DNA from: Bacteroidota bacterium
GTDB taxonomy: Bacteria; Bacteroidota; Bacteroidia; Flavobacteriales; Flavobacteriaceae
Assembly: GCA_039805885.1 (NCBI GenBank)
Contig: JBDLTG010000012.1
Span: 3,237-67,236, forward strand
Direction of reading: 5' to 3'
DNA: 64,000 nt
This document shows positions 40,730-50,062 of this stretch, one piece after another; positions within the stretch are counted from its first letter, which is position 1; the number at the start of each line of letters is the position of its first letter. A model generated the notes under the pieces. The model had not been told where the DNA came from, ran no database searches, and saw nothing but the letters and a program-made list of their open reading frames with translations. A program made the position numbers and the translations under genes.

Positions 40730-40762
40730 TAAATCGGATGCCGCTAAACTGCATCCGATTTA
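40730..40762. other. Strong intergenic hairpin between GH31 and GH97 genes
   Basis: TAAATCGGATGC-cgctaaact-GCATCCGATTTA perfect 12-bp stem; no clear U-tract in the transcribed (-) direction. Confidence 0.7.
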
Positions 40763-40791
40763 AAAAGACCCAACTTAAACTAACCAAATTG

Positions 40792-43191
40792 TTATTTTAT
40801 CCACTCCGTTTTAAAAGTGGTTTTTTCGTTTAATGCATTTGAAGCCACTTCAAAATTGTTTCCTTTTTTAGAAACTGTAATGGTTTGTACTACGTCTCCT
40901 TCTGGCAAGAATACTTTTGCAATAGCTGTTGTGGTTGCATCTGTAGCATATACTTTTAAAGTTAATTTACTCCAATCCATGTCTTTTGTAGATTGTGCCA
41001 ATGCAATGTGAGGAATAGCCGAACCGTTTCGAACCAAAACCACGATTGGAATAGCACCAGCTTTAATTTTATGCCATCCGCCTTGGTATACTTTTTGAGT
41101 TTGGTAGTCAATCCAAGTCCCTTCCGGAAGATAGACATCTCTTTCGGTTACCTCTTCAAATAAAGGAGCCACTAACATGCTAGACCCAAATAAGTATTCA
41201 TTATCAACTAACCAGGCACCCGGATCATTTGGATATTCCAAAAATAAAGCACGCATCATAGGCAATCCTTTTTGGGAACTTTCTTTGGCTTGTGCGTAGA
41301 TGTAAGGCATCAATTCGTAACGCATATTATCAGCGTTTCTAAATCCTTCCAAAAAGTCTTTGCTGTACAACCAAGGTTCACGTGGAGGCTCACCATGACT
41401 TCTAACATGTGAAGTAAACATTCCGAATGGCGCCCATCTACGGTATAAATTCTCTGGAGATTTGGTTGCAAACCCTCCTACGTCATGACTCCAAAAACTG
41501 AAACCGCTTAATCCTAATGAAAGTCCGCCACGTAATTCGGCCGACATTGCACCATTACTTGTTTCGGCATCGCCTCCCCAGTGTAATGGGTAACGTTGGC
41601 TACCAGCCCAAGTACTTCTGGCCCAAATTAGAGTATATCCTTTTTCTTTTTGAGTAATTTCGGCAACCGCTTTATTGTAACGCAAAGGGTATAAATTATG
41701 CTCATAGAAACCCGTACGTCCTGAATGGTAAATTCCGTCTGGCGGAGCAGCTTCCCCAAAATCAACTTTGAATACACTTACCCCTTGATCGAATAAACGT
41801 TTTAATTTACTTTGATACCAAGTCACCGTTTCAGGATTTGAAAAATCCAGCACAGCATCTTCATAAGGAAGATTTCCTTTGCGGTCTCTTACCGCTAGAT
41901 TTTTATCCATGATTTCATTGAACAAGGTGTTTTTTGGAGTGAAATAAGGCAATTGCCATAAACACACATGGAAACCGTCCTCTTTCATATCCGACATCAT
42001 TTTTTCTGCATCAGGAAAACGAGATTTTGCAAACTCATAGTTGTTTCTCCAATCTACATCAAACCATCCGGTATCAAAGTGAATCACATCAGTTGGAATT
42101 TTATACTTACGCAAATCTCTTGCTACATCACGCCCTTCTTTTTCAGAAAAATAAGTAATACGGCTCATCCAGAAACCAAATGACCAAAGTGGTGGCATGG
42201 CTGCTTTCCCAGTCAAATTAGTATATTCATCTAGTATTTCTTTTGGTTCTCCAATAAAGAAAAACAAATCGGCTTCATCATCACCAATATACATTTCATT
42301 GGCACTACCAAAATATTTCCCAAAATCAACGGTAATAGGAGTTGAATGATGCATGAATACACCATAACCACGACTACTCATATAAAAAGGAACGGGTTTG
42401 TACATGGTTTCATTCTGGATTCCATTGGCATCATCGGTCCATAAAACCACCTTTTGACCACGTTTGTTAAATTGTGTGAAGGATTCACCACAACCAAATA
42501 TTTTTTCATCAGGTTCTAAACTAAAAGCAGCTCCCATGCTTCTGGAATAATCACTGTTTCTACGAACATAAGAAAATGGAAGTGTTGGCGTATAGGTATT
42601 TTTAAAATCAGAATCATGTAAGGTTCCTGTCAACAATTTTCCTTTTTCATCATAAATTTTTACGTGCCAAGGTTTCGTCTGAATTTCTACCGAACCGTGT
42701 TTGCTGATAAATTTATAACCACCTTCAATTTTAGAATATTTCCATAATTCCGGGTGATTCGGAGCTACTCCGTCAACCAACATTAGGGATTCTTTTTGAG
42801 GGCGAAATTGTGGTCCTGAAGTTGTCTTAATTCTCAACGTACGATCAGAAACAAACTGAATTTGAAAAGGCAATTCAGGAGACACCTCATACTCGGTAGC
42901 CGGAAATTCGTTCGCTTTCTCCATATCAGGTTTCATCATCATATTGTTGAAAGCCTGACGCGTTTTATAATTGTATCTGAGGTATTTTACTGTCCCTTTT
43001 CCTGTTTTAGGATCAAAGGCTGTAAGCTCATCGGCAAAATAAAACGTATTGAGATAATTCTGGAAATCTTTACTGATATCCATCGGCGCATTTAACACAT
43101 CTGCATTTTGAATCTGTGCTGTTGCTTTTGGAATAGCTAGAAATCCAAAAACAAAGATTGAAAATAGAGCCGTTATTTGAGTTTTCTTCAT
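40792..43191 (-). CDS. GH31 alpha-xylosidase (YicI-like)
   Basis: GCGESFT..NKRG, PLWSFGFW, FKVDFGE (nucleophile), WGGD (acid/base), WSHDVGGF. Confidence 0.93.
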   Translation of the reverse strand: MKKTQITALFSIFVFGFLAIPKATAQIQNADVLNAPMDISKDFQNYLNTFYFADELTAFDPKTGKGTVKYLRYNYKTRQAFNNMMMKPDMEKANEFPATEYEVSPELPFQIQFVSDRTLRIKTTSGPQFRPQKESLMLVDGVAPNHPELWKYSKIEGGYKFISKHGSVEIQTKPWHVKIYDEKGKLLTGTLHDSDFKNTYTPTLPFSYVRRNSDYSRSMGAAFSLEPDEKIFGCGESFTQFNKRGQKVVLWTDDANGIQNETMYKPVPFYMSSRGYGVFMHHSTPITVDFGKYFGSANEMYIGDDEADLFFFIGEPKEILDEYTNLTGKAAMPPLWSFGFWMSRITYFSEKEGRDVARDLRKYKIPTDVIHFDTGWFDVDWRNNYEFAKSRFPDAEKMMSDMKEDGFHVCLWQLPYFTPKNTLFNEIMDKNLAVRDRKGNLPYEDAVLDFSNPETVTWYQSKLKRLFDQGVSVFKVDFGEAAPPDGIYHSGRTGFYEHNLYPLRYNKAVAEITQKEKGYTLIWARSTWAGSQRYPLHWGGDAETSNGAMSAELRGGLSLGLSGFSFWSHDVGGFATKSPENLYRRWAPFGMFTSHVRSHGEPPREPWLYSKDFLEGFRNADNMRYELMPYIYAQAKESSQKGLPMMRALFLEYPNDPGAWLVDNEYLFGSSMLVAPLFEEVTERDVYLPEGTWIDYQTQKVYQGGWHKIKAGAIPIVVLVRNGSAIPHIALAQSTKDMDWSKLTLKVYATDATTTAIAKVFLPEGDVVQTITVSKKGNNFEVASNALNEKTTFKTEWIK

Positions 43192-43231
43192 TTTTATGGA
43201 AATTTATATTTATTATTTTTTTAATTGAATC

Positions 43232-43252
43232 ATTTGACTGATGTAAATATAG
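43232..43252 (-). promoter_or_regulatory. Putative internal PUL promoter upstream of GH31
   Basis: Minus strand CTATAT-ttacatc-AGTCAAAT, similar to CTATAT-acttgt-AGTCAAAT upstream of susC. Confidence 0.45.
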
Positions 43253-43370
43253 TATTACTTTTCAGCTCTTTGAAACTTACCACTAATTCTAATTATCTAC
43301 TTTGTTAGACGTTTGAATTACTATAAACACATCAATCAATACGATCCAAATAACTTTCCTAATATTCTAT

Positions 43371-44234
43371 TTAACTCTTAGGCACTAAATTCATAACTAC
43401 TTGCACACCGTCATTACGAATCGCAGCATATCTTAAAGAACTTGCCGTAAGCTCTATTAACCTAACATTAGAAAATGAAAATCCTGACATTACATCGTTA
43501 TAATAGGCATTAAGATGTAGCATTTCTATTCCTCCATTTAATATGATTCTGTCATTTGTAGAACCAGTTGTAAGACTAAAATTGTACGTTCCGGACTTAG
43601 TAGTTTTTACAGCACTTCCTGTAGTCAATGACGTTTGTGTTACTTTAACATTATAACCTCCATTCAGGTCGAAAGTAACTTCTCCCCAATTTTTATTTTC
43701 TACACCTGACCATGAAACATCATTGATGCTCCCTGGATACCAAGCCCAATCTCCTTCTACTGTCTTGTTTATATATCCACCACCAACAAATGCAAATGGA
43801 CTTTCAGTTACCATATTAAATACCCATGTTTTTCCGACTATACCGTTAGTAAGCATTGCCCATCTAGGGTCACTGAATAAAGTTTGATCATTTTTTAAAA
43901 TGGTTACCGTTTTTGTGGCTGTTACTGAACCGCCTTGTGTATAAGCTGAAAAATTAATGGCATAAGTACCCGCAAATGGCATTGGAATACTTGTTTCATT
44001 TAGATTTGAATGTCCTAATTCATTCCCTTTTGAATCAACGTAACTCCAATAAGGTATAACGTCCGGAGTTAAGTTTTTTAATTGGATGGTATTCCCATTT
44101 ACTACAGCCGTAAAATTCAGGTCTGTAGACATCAGTGACATCGCAGGAAGACTATTACGGTCTTCTACTGGTTCGCAAGAAAATAACGAACCCACTGCAA
44201 TTATAGCTATTACTGTTAAAAATATATTTTTCAT
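43371..44234 (-). CDS. PUL surface lipoprotein (SGBP-B/SusE-positioned glycan-binding protein)
   Basis: Lipobox SLFS-C, PKD-like N-domain, GKTWV motif; immediately downstream of susD. Confidence 0.75.
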   Translation of the reverse strand: MKNIFLTVIAIIAVGSLFSCEPVEDRNSLPAMSLMSTDLNFTAVVNGNTIQLKNLTPDVIPYWSYVDSKGNELGHSNLNETSIPMPFAGTYAINFSAYTQGGSVTATKTVTILKNDQTLFSDPRWAMLTNGIVGKTWVFNMVTESPFAFVGGGYINKTVEGDWAWYPGSINDVSWSGVENKNWGEVTFDLNGGYNVKVTQTSLTTGSAVKTTKSGTYNFSLTTGSTNDRIILNGGIEMLHLNAYYNDVMSGFSFSNVRLIELTASSLRYAAIRNDGVQVVMNLVPKS

Positions 44235-44254
44235 AGTCATTATTTTTAAGGTTA

Positions 44255-45844
44255 TTACCAACCTGGATTTTGTTTTATTGCTCCGTTAGAAAGTACAATT
44301 TGTGATTGAGGGATTGCAAACCATCCTAGTGTTTCTAATCTAAATGTTACGTTAAATTGAGAATCACTATTATTTACATTGTCAATGGCAGCTTTAGCCA
44401 CAGCTGGGCTTTGTCTGATTAAGTCAAAAAAGCGTTGTCCTTCTAATGCCAATTCTAATTGACGTTCCTTCATGATATTTGGTAAAGTTACTGCAACACG
44501 GTGATTGGCATTTTGGAAAGCACGATCACGAACTCTATCAAGACAAGTTTTTGCAAAAGCATCATTTGTACCAAGATTAAGCTCTGCTGCCATTAGCAAT
44601 ACATCCGAAAATCGTATTACGGCATAATCTTCGACATTGTCAATTTGGAAATTTCCACCATTGGCAGTTACGTCTGCAATTCCGGCTTCATTGGTAACAG
44701 GGCAATATTTTTTCCAAGCGTATCCTGTATATTGACGTTGGTCTCTTTTATTTGGTGCCGGATCAAAATTCAATCCTTCTCCCGCAAAATTGATGATGGT
44801 AGCATCTCTACGAGTATCTCCAACTTCATATGCACCATAAAGACTAGGAGTAACAGGAAGTCCACCCCAACCGTAAGCATATCTACCTATATTTCCACCA
44901 CGTGGCGCAATTAACACTGACAAACGATTTCCTTCATGAAGATTCCAATCTCCTTTTCCACTTCCGTTATAACGAATAGCCCAAACCATTTCTGTATTGC
45001 CTTCACCTGCATAATTCGCAAGTGATGCAGCAAGCCATAGACGAGAATAATCAGTAATCAAGGCGTGACCACTATTATTTACAACATCATTAATATAGGT
45101 TACTGCCTGAGCTTTTGTCACTACTCCTGCTAAATCTGGTTTAGTATAATAATCGGTATAGAATATAAAAGCTTTCGCCAAATAAGATTCGGCAGCCCAT
45201 TTAGTGATGCGACCGTAATTTGTATTTCCTACTTGAGAATAATTCTCAGTACCTAGATTTTCTACAGCAAATTTTAAATCATTGGCGATTAAAGCATAAG
45301 TAACTTCGGGAGCTAATCTTGGAGAATTAAATTCACTGGTGTTAATAGAATGATCAAGCGGAACAATATCACCAAAAATTCTCGCTAATTCAAAATGGAA
45401 ATGGGCTCTTAAAAAACGAGCTTCCGCCTCATATTTTGCTTTAAGCGCAGTATCGGTACCCCAATTTACTTTATCTAAATTTTCCAATAAAATATTGGCT
45501 CTGTATATCCCTTTGTAGCAGCTTTGCCAAACAACATTATTCATTTCTGGATCTGAGCTGTTTTTAAAACGATCCCAGTCTAAAACAGCTATTCCATCAG
45601 CAGTTCCAAAACCTCCAAAACAGTTATCTGAAGCTTCTTCGGTAATCATTTGAAATCCTGCCCAGCCGCCTTCTTGTTGTAATACATCATATATAGAAAT
45701 AAGTCCTTCAAAAGCATCTTTCGGAGTTTTGTAAAAATTTTCCGAAACCTTTTCGGTTACCGGTGCGGTGTCTAAAAAATCATTCGAGCAAGAACTTAAT
45801 ATTAATAGGGTTGATGCCGTAAATAGTTTAATATAATTTTTCAT
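44255..45844 (-). CDS. SusD/RagB-family nutrient uptake lipoprotein
   Basis: Lipobox LSS-C; YKGIYRAN, EARFLRA..FEL, IRFSDVLLMAAE, ERQLELALEGQRFFDL, QNPGW. Confidence 0.96.
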   Translation of the reverse strand: MKNYIKLFTASTLLILSSCSNDFLDTAPVTEKVSENFYKTPKDAFEGLISIYDVLQQEGGWAGFQMITEEASDNCFGGFGTADGIAVLDWDRFKNSSDPEMNNVVWQSCYKGIYRANILLENLDKVNWGTDTALKAKYEAEARFLRAHFHFELARIFGDIVPLDHSINTSEFNSPRLAPEVTYALIANDLKFAVENLGTENYSQVGNTNYGRITKWAAESYLAKAFIFYTDYYTKPDLAGVVTKAQAVTYINDVVNNSGHALITDYSRLWLAASLANYAGEGNTEMVWAIRYNGSGKGDWNLHEGNRLSVLIAPRGGNIGRYAYGWGGLPVTPSLYGAYEVGDTRRDATIINFAGEGLNFDPAPNKRDQRQYTGYAWKKYCPVTNEAGIADVTANGGNFQIDNVEDYAVIRFSDVLLMAAELNLGTNDAFAKTCLDRVRDRAFQNANHRVAVTLPNIMKERQLELALEGQRFFDLIRQSPAVAKAAIDNVNNSDSQFNVTFRLETLGWFAIPQSQIVLSNGAIKQNPGW

Positions 45845-45855
45845 TTTTTTGATAA

Positions 45856-48800
45856 TTAGAAGTTAACATTAAGTCCCATCATATAAGTTCTTGGCTGTGG
45901 ATAATAACCTACATCAATCCCTTTTGCCCATGATTGGTTTGCATTTCCAAACCCAATTTCCGGATCCATTCCTCTATACTTAGTAAAAGTGAACAGATTG
46001 TTGGCGGCAACATATAATCTGAATTTAGAAAAGAAATTTAACATGCCTGTTAGTTTTGTCAAATCACAACCTATTGTAGCCGATTTAATTCTAAAGAAGC
46101 CAGCGTCTTGAACATATAAATCTGACATCTTAGTATAATTCCCATTCGCATCTGAACCATAAGTAACTCTTGGTATAGAATTAGAACTTCCTTCTGTTGT
46201 CCAACGATTCAAGATTGTCGTTGTGTAATTAGAGTAAGGACGTTCGATACTGCGAAGTCCAATAACATTTTGATTTCCTGAAACGCCATAAGTATAGATA
46301 GAGAAATCAAAAGCTTTGTAAGACAGCTCCATATTTAATCCATAAGTAAAGTCCGGATTTGGATTTCCAATTTTAGTTTTATCTTTAACATCAATTTTTC
46401 CATCAGCATTTAAATCTACAAAACGAACATCTCCAGGCAGTGCATTAGGTTGAACTCCCGCAGCAACTTCGGCTGCATTTTGAAAAATACCATTCGTTTT
46501 AAGTCCGTAAAAATAACCTATTGGTTGTCCTACTTCTACTCGATTCATTTCATCCAAACCTTGAAAAAGAAGGTTAGTATCACCATGGATTATACCTTCA
46601 GAATTGGCAACACGAAGCACTTTGTTTTCATTATGAGATATATTTCCGTTTATAGAAAATGACCAGTCTTTTCCAAAATTAGTTCTATATCCTAATCCTA
46701 ATTCAATTCCTTTATTATTAACATCTCCACCATTTATATAAGGAGGCGTAGCTCCGGCAATTTCAGGAATAGCTGCCTGTACTAACCAGTCTTTGGTTGT
46801 TTTGTTATAATAATCGAATGTCAAAGTCAGGTTTGAAAATAATGCAGCATCAAAACCAAAGTCAGTTTGCTCAGATGTTTCCCATTTTAAATCAGGATTT
46901 GAAAGTGCATCCGGACTAGAACCTGTGTACAATGTTTCATTAGGACCTGTACCGAAATGATAGTTTTTATCATACGAATTTATGGTAGACATGTAAGCAA
47001 ATCGTTTTGAAAATTGATCATTACCGTTTTGTCCCCAACTGGCTCTAATTTTAAAAGATTTTATAAAACTATTTTGTGGAAAGAAACTTTCGCGATCTAC
47101 ATTCCATCCGGCTGATACCGCAGGAAAGTAAGCGTATTTATTATTAGATCCGAACTCCGAAGAACCGTCTCTTCTTAGTGTGGCAGTGAATAAATATTTA
47201 TTGTTGTAATCATATAACAATCGACCAAAATAAGATTGAAGTCTATAATCATATCTTTCACCTGAAACTGTGTTTGATGTTTTATCTGTTGCATTGTTTA
47301 AATAAGCATGGTCAAAATCATTAAAAGTTAAATTTTTACCTGTCGCTCCCATACTTTCTGAAGTATTTGACTTAGCAGAAGTTCCTAACAACACATCAAA
47401 GTGATGGATATCATTGATAGAAGCTTTATATTGTAATGTGTTTTCCCATAACCAGCCCAAACTTTTATTGGAACTTTGTGAAACGCTTGAGATTAGATTA
47501 TTATCAAAAAGGGTTTCATTATAAACCGGTTTAAAAGAACGATATGAACTATCCGACATATCCACTCCAAAACTCGTTTTGAATGTAACATTTTTTAAGA
47601 ATTTTGCTTCTGCAAATACATTTCCCACATAACGATTTATTTTATCTTCTTTAAAGTTATTATGATATAGAGAAGCCAGGGGATTAAAAACATCTGCCGC
47701 AATAATTGAAGTTGCAAAATTACCATTGGCATCATAAGCAGCGTCTAACGGAGAGGCATTTAGAAAACTTCTTATACTGTTATTGTAAAGACCTTGGTCA
47801 GAAACACCATTACTTTTGATATTGGCGAAAGAAAAATTTTCTCCGATTTTCAAATGATTTTCTATAACTTCAGATGTAGTATTGACATTGAATGTTATAC
47901 GATCATACTGTGATTGATTGTTTTGACTTCCTATAAGACCTTCCTGTCCATAATAAGATAATCCTGTAGCAATAGTCGATTTTTTATCCCCACCCGTAAT
48001 CATTAAGGAATGATTTTGTTTTGCGGCTCCATTATTAAATAAATCTTTTTGCCAATCGTGGTTAGGAAGTGCAGCTATTTGCGCTGCAGTATACAAAGGT
48101 GTAAAACCGGAATTCACCCTTGATTCATTCATGATAACTGCATATTCATTAGAATCAAGCAGGTCTAATCTTTTGGCAATTTCCTGATATCCTGTGTAAC
48201 TATTTAAAGACACATTCATCTTACCATCTTTTCCTTTTTTAGTAGTCACTAATATAACTCCATTAGCTGCTCTGGCTCCATAGATAGATGCAGCCGAAGC
48301 GTCTTTAAGAACATCGACTCTTTCAATAGTGGATGGATCAAGATACCCAATACCATTATCCACAACAACTCCATCAACAACATAAAGCGGAGAGCTGTTT
48401 CCTGCGGTTCCCACACCACGTATGTTTACAGCCATTCCAGCTCCTGGTTGTCCTGACGTAGAGGTAATAGACACCCCTGAACTTTGTCCCTGTAAAGCAT
48501 TAACAACATCAAGACTGGCAACTTGCTGAATATCTTTTCCCGAAACCAAAGAAGTAGCAGCTGTTGATACTTTTTTCTTCTGAGAGCCATACCCTATCAC
48601 AACTACCTCTTTAAGATCTGCTGATTCCACTTGCATGGCAATGTTTATTACTGTTTGGTTTTTTATCGATACTCGTTGTGTTTTATAACCCATATAGCTG
48701 ATTATTAACACTGCATCAGATTCCGCATTAATTTGATATTTACCATCAAAATCGGTTGTAGTACTTTTATTGGCAGACTCTACTTTAACAATTGCACCGG

Positions 48801-48948
48801 GAATCCCCATACCGTCGTTACTAGATGTTATCTTTCCGCTTACAGAAAGAGATCGCTGTTGCGCAAAACCTGATTGCAGCATAAACATGCTGAACAAGAT
48901 TGCTATACAAAAGGGAAGCATTGTCGAAATACAATATTTTCTTTTCAT
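45856..48948 (-). CDS. SusC/RagA-family TonB-dependent transporter
   Basis: 1030 aa; PLYVVDG, LKDASAASIYGARAANGVILVTTKKG, NPDLKWETS, YPQPRTYMMGLNVNF. Confidence 0.97.
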   Translation of the reverse strand: MKRKYCISTMLPFCIAILFSMFMLQSGFAQQRSLSVSGKITSSNDGMGIPGAIVKVESANKSTTTDFDGKYQINAESDAVLIISYMGYKTQRVSIKNQTVINIAMQVESADLKEVVVIGYGSQKKKVSTAATSLVSGKDIQQVASLDVVNALQGQSSGVSITSTSGQPGAGMAVNIRGVGTAGNSSPLYVVDGVVVDNGIGYLDPSTIERVDVLKDASAASIYGARAANGVILVTTKKGKDGKMNVSLNSYTGYQEIAKRLDLLDSNEYAVIMNESRVNSGFTPLYTAAQIAALPNHDWQKDLFNNGAAKQNHSLMITGGDKKSTIATGLSYYGQEGLIGSQNNQSQYDRITFNVNTTSEVIENHLKIGENFSFANIKSNGVSDQGLYNNSIRSFLNASPLDAAYDANGNFATSIIAADVFNPLASLYHNNFKEDKINRYVGNVFAEAKFLKNVTFKTSFGVDMSDSSYRSFKPVYNETLFDNNLISSVSQSSNKSLGWLWENTLQYKASINDIHHFDVLLGTSAKSNTSESMGATGKNLTFNDFDHAYLNNATDKTSNTVSGERYDYRLQSYFGRLLYDYNNKYLFTATLRRDGSSEFGSNNKYAYFPAVSAGWNVDRESFFPQNSFIKSFKIRASWGQNGNDQFSKRFAYMSTINSYDKNYHFGTGPNETLYTGSSPDALSNPDLKWETSEQTDFGFDAALFSNLTLTFDYYNKTTKDWLVQAAIPEIAGATPPYINGGDVNNKGIELGLGYRTNFGKDWSFSINGNISHNENKVLRVANSEGIIHGDTNLLFQGLDEMNRVEVGQPIGYFYGLKTNGIFQNAAEVAAGVQPNALPGDVRFVDLNADGKIDVKDKTKIGNPNPDFTYGLNMELSYKAFDFSIYTYGVSGNQNVIGLRSIERPYSNYTTTILNRWTTEGSSNSIPRVTYGSDANGNYTKMSDLYVQDAGFFRIKSATIGCDLTKLTGMLNFFSKFRLYVAANNLFTFTKYRGMDPEIGFGNANQSWAKGIDVGYYPQPRTYMMGLNVNF

Positions 48949-49156
48949 AATAATTTAAGAATTGGTTAATTTTTTAGTTAATGGTTTTTTAATTATAATT
49001 ATTTCAGGTATTCTAATTTACTCTCTATTATTCATACTAATTTTTTTTAGCATCAATATTCTATTTATCTCAATTCATAAATAGCTTACAAATTTTAAAA
49101 AGACTTCTTTTTACAAAAAATATATTTTTGAAGGGCTTCGAATAACCTTATGGTTA

Positions 49157-49176
49157 ATTTGACTACAAGTATATAG
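49157..49176 (-). promoter_or_regulatory. Putative susC promoter
   Basis: TATACTTG (TAnnTTTG variant) followed by AGTCAAAT on the minus strand. Confidence 0.45.
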
Positions 49177-49321
49177 CTTTTTTTTAGATTAACAAAATTT
49201 TAAGCAATAAAAAAAATATTGAATAAAAAATTCTAAGAATTTATACACATATAATAAATATTATGCGCCACAAAACCATTGTTACTTATATTTTATTATT
49301 TTCGTGAAATATTATACTATT

Positions 49322-50041
49322 ATGCTTAATGAGAAAAATGATACAGAATCTATGTCATTAGTTGAAGGATCAGCTATTGATGATATTTCTATTGACTGTG
49401 TAATATTTGGCTTCAACAACGGAACCCTTGAAGTCCTTTTAGTACAACACGGAGAAGGAGATAGTAAAGGAGAATGGGGGCTTCCGGGTGGTTGGATAAA
49501 AAAAGAAGAAAGTATCGATAATGCTGCCAATCGCTTATTGGAAGAGCTTACCGGACTTGACGATGTTTTCCTGGAACAATTAAAAGTTTTTGGAGACCCA
49601 AAACGTGTGTCTTTCAGAAGGGTACTTACTATTGGATATTATGCTCTAATAAAAAGAGAAGATGACAAACTCAAAGCGAGTTTAGTATTAACTGACGCTA
49701 AATGGTTTAAAATTAAAAACATTCCGGATTTGATTTTTGATCACAATGAAATCATTAATTACAGTTTAAAACATTTACGCAATCGAGTACGTCAAGCACC
49801 TATTGGCTTCAATCTTTTACCTGAAAAGTTTACCTTATTACAACTGATGAAACTCTATGAAGAAATTTTAGATATCGAAATGGACAAATCTAACTTTAGA
49901 AGAAAAATTCTACACATGAAATTACTGAAGCCTTTAGATGAAAAACAACAAGATGTATCACATAGAGCCGCTAAACTATACCAATTTGACCAGGAAATAT
50001 ATGACCTACTCACTCAAAAAGGGTTCAACTTTGAATTTTAA
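49322..50041 (+). CDS. NrtR-family regulator (NUDIX + winged HTH; Bacteroides AraR/XylR-like)
   Basis: SIDCVIFGF, WGLPGG, LEQLKVFGDPKR, LLPEKFTL.QL, NFRRKI, RAAKLYQF. Start at GTG 49304 or ATG 49322. Confidence 0.93.
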   Translation: MLNEKNDTESMSLVEGSAIDDISIDCVIFGFNNGTLEVLLVQHGEGDSKGEWGLPGGWIKKEESIDNAANRLLEELTGLDDVFLEQLKVFGDPKRVSFRRVLTIGYYALIKREDDKLKASLVLTDAKWFKIKNIPDLIFDHNEIINYSLKHLRNRVRQAPIGFNLLPEKFTLLQLMKLYEEILDIEMDKSNFRRKILHMKLLKPLDEKQQDVSHRAAKLYQFDQEIYDLLTQKGFNFEF

Positions 50042-50062
50042 AACATCGAAAGAAAAAAAGAA

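Noticed and set aside
49239-49259. ATTTATACACATATAATAAAT as the NrtR operator
   Set aside because: Only a weak AT-rich partial palindrome, with no convincing second copy at the other PUL promoters.
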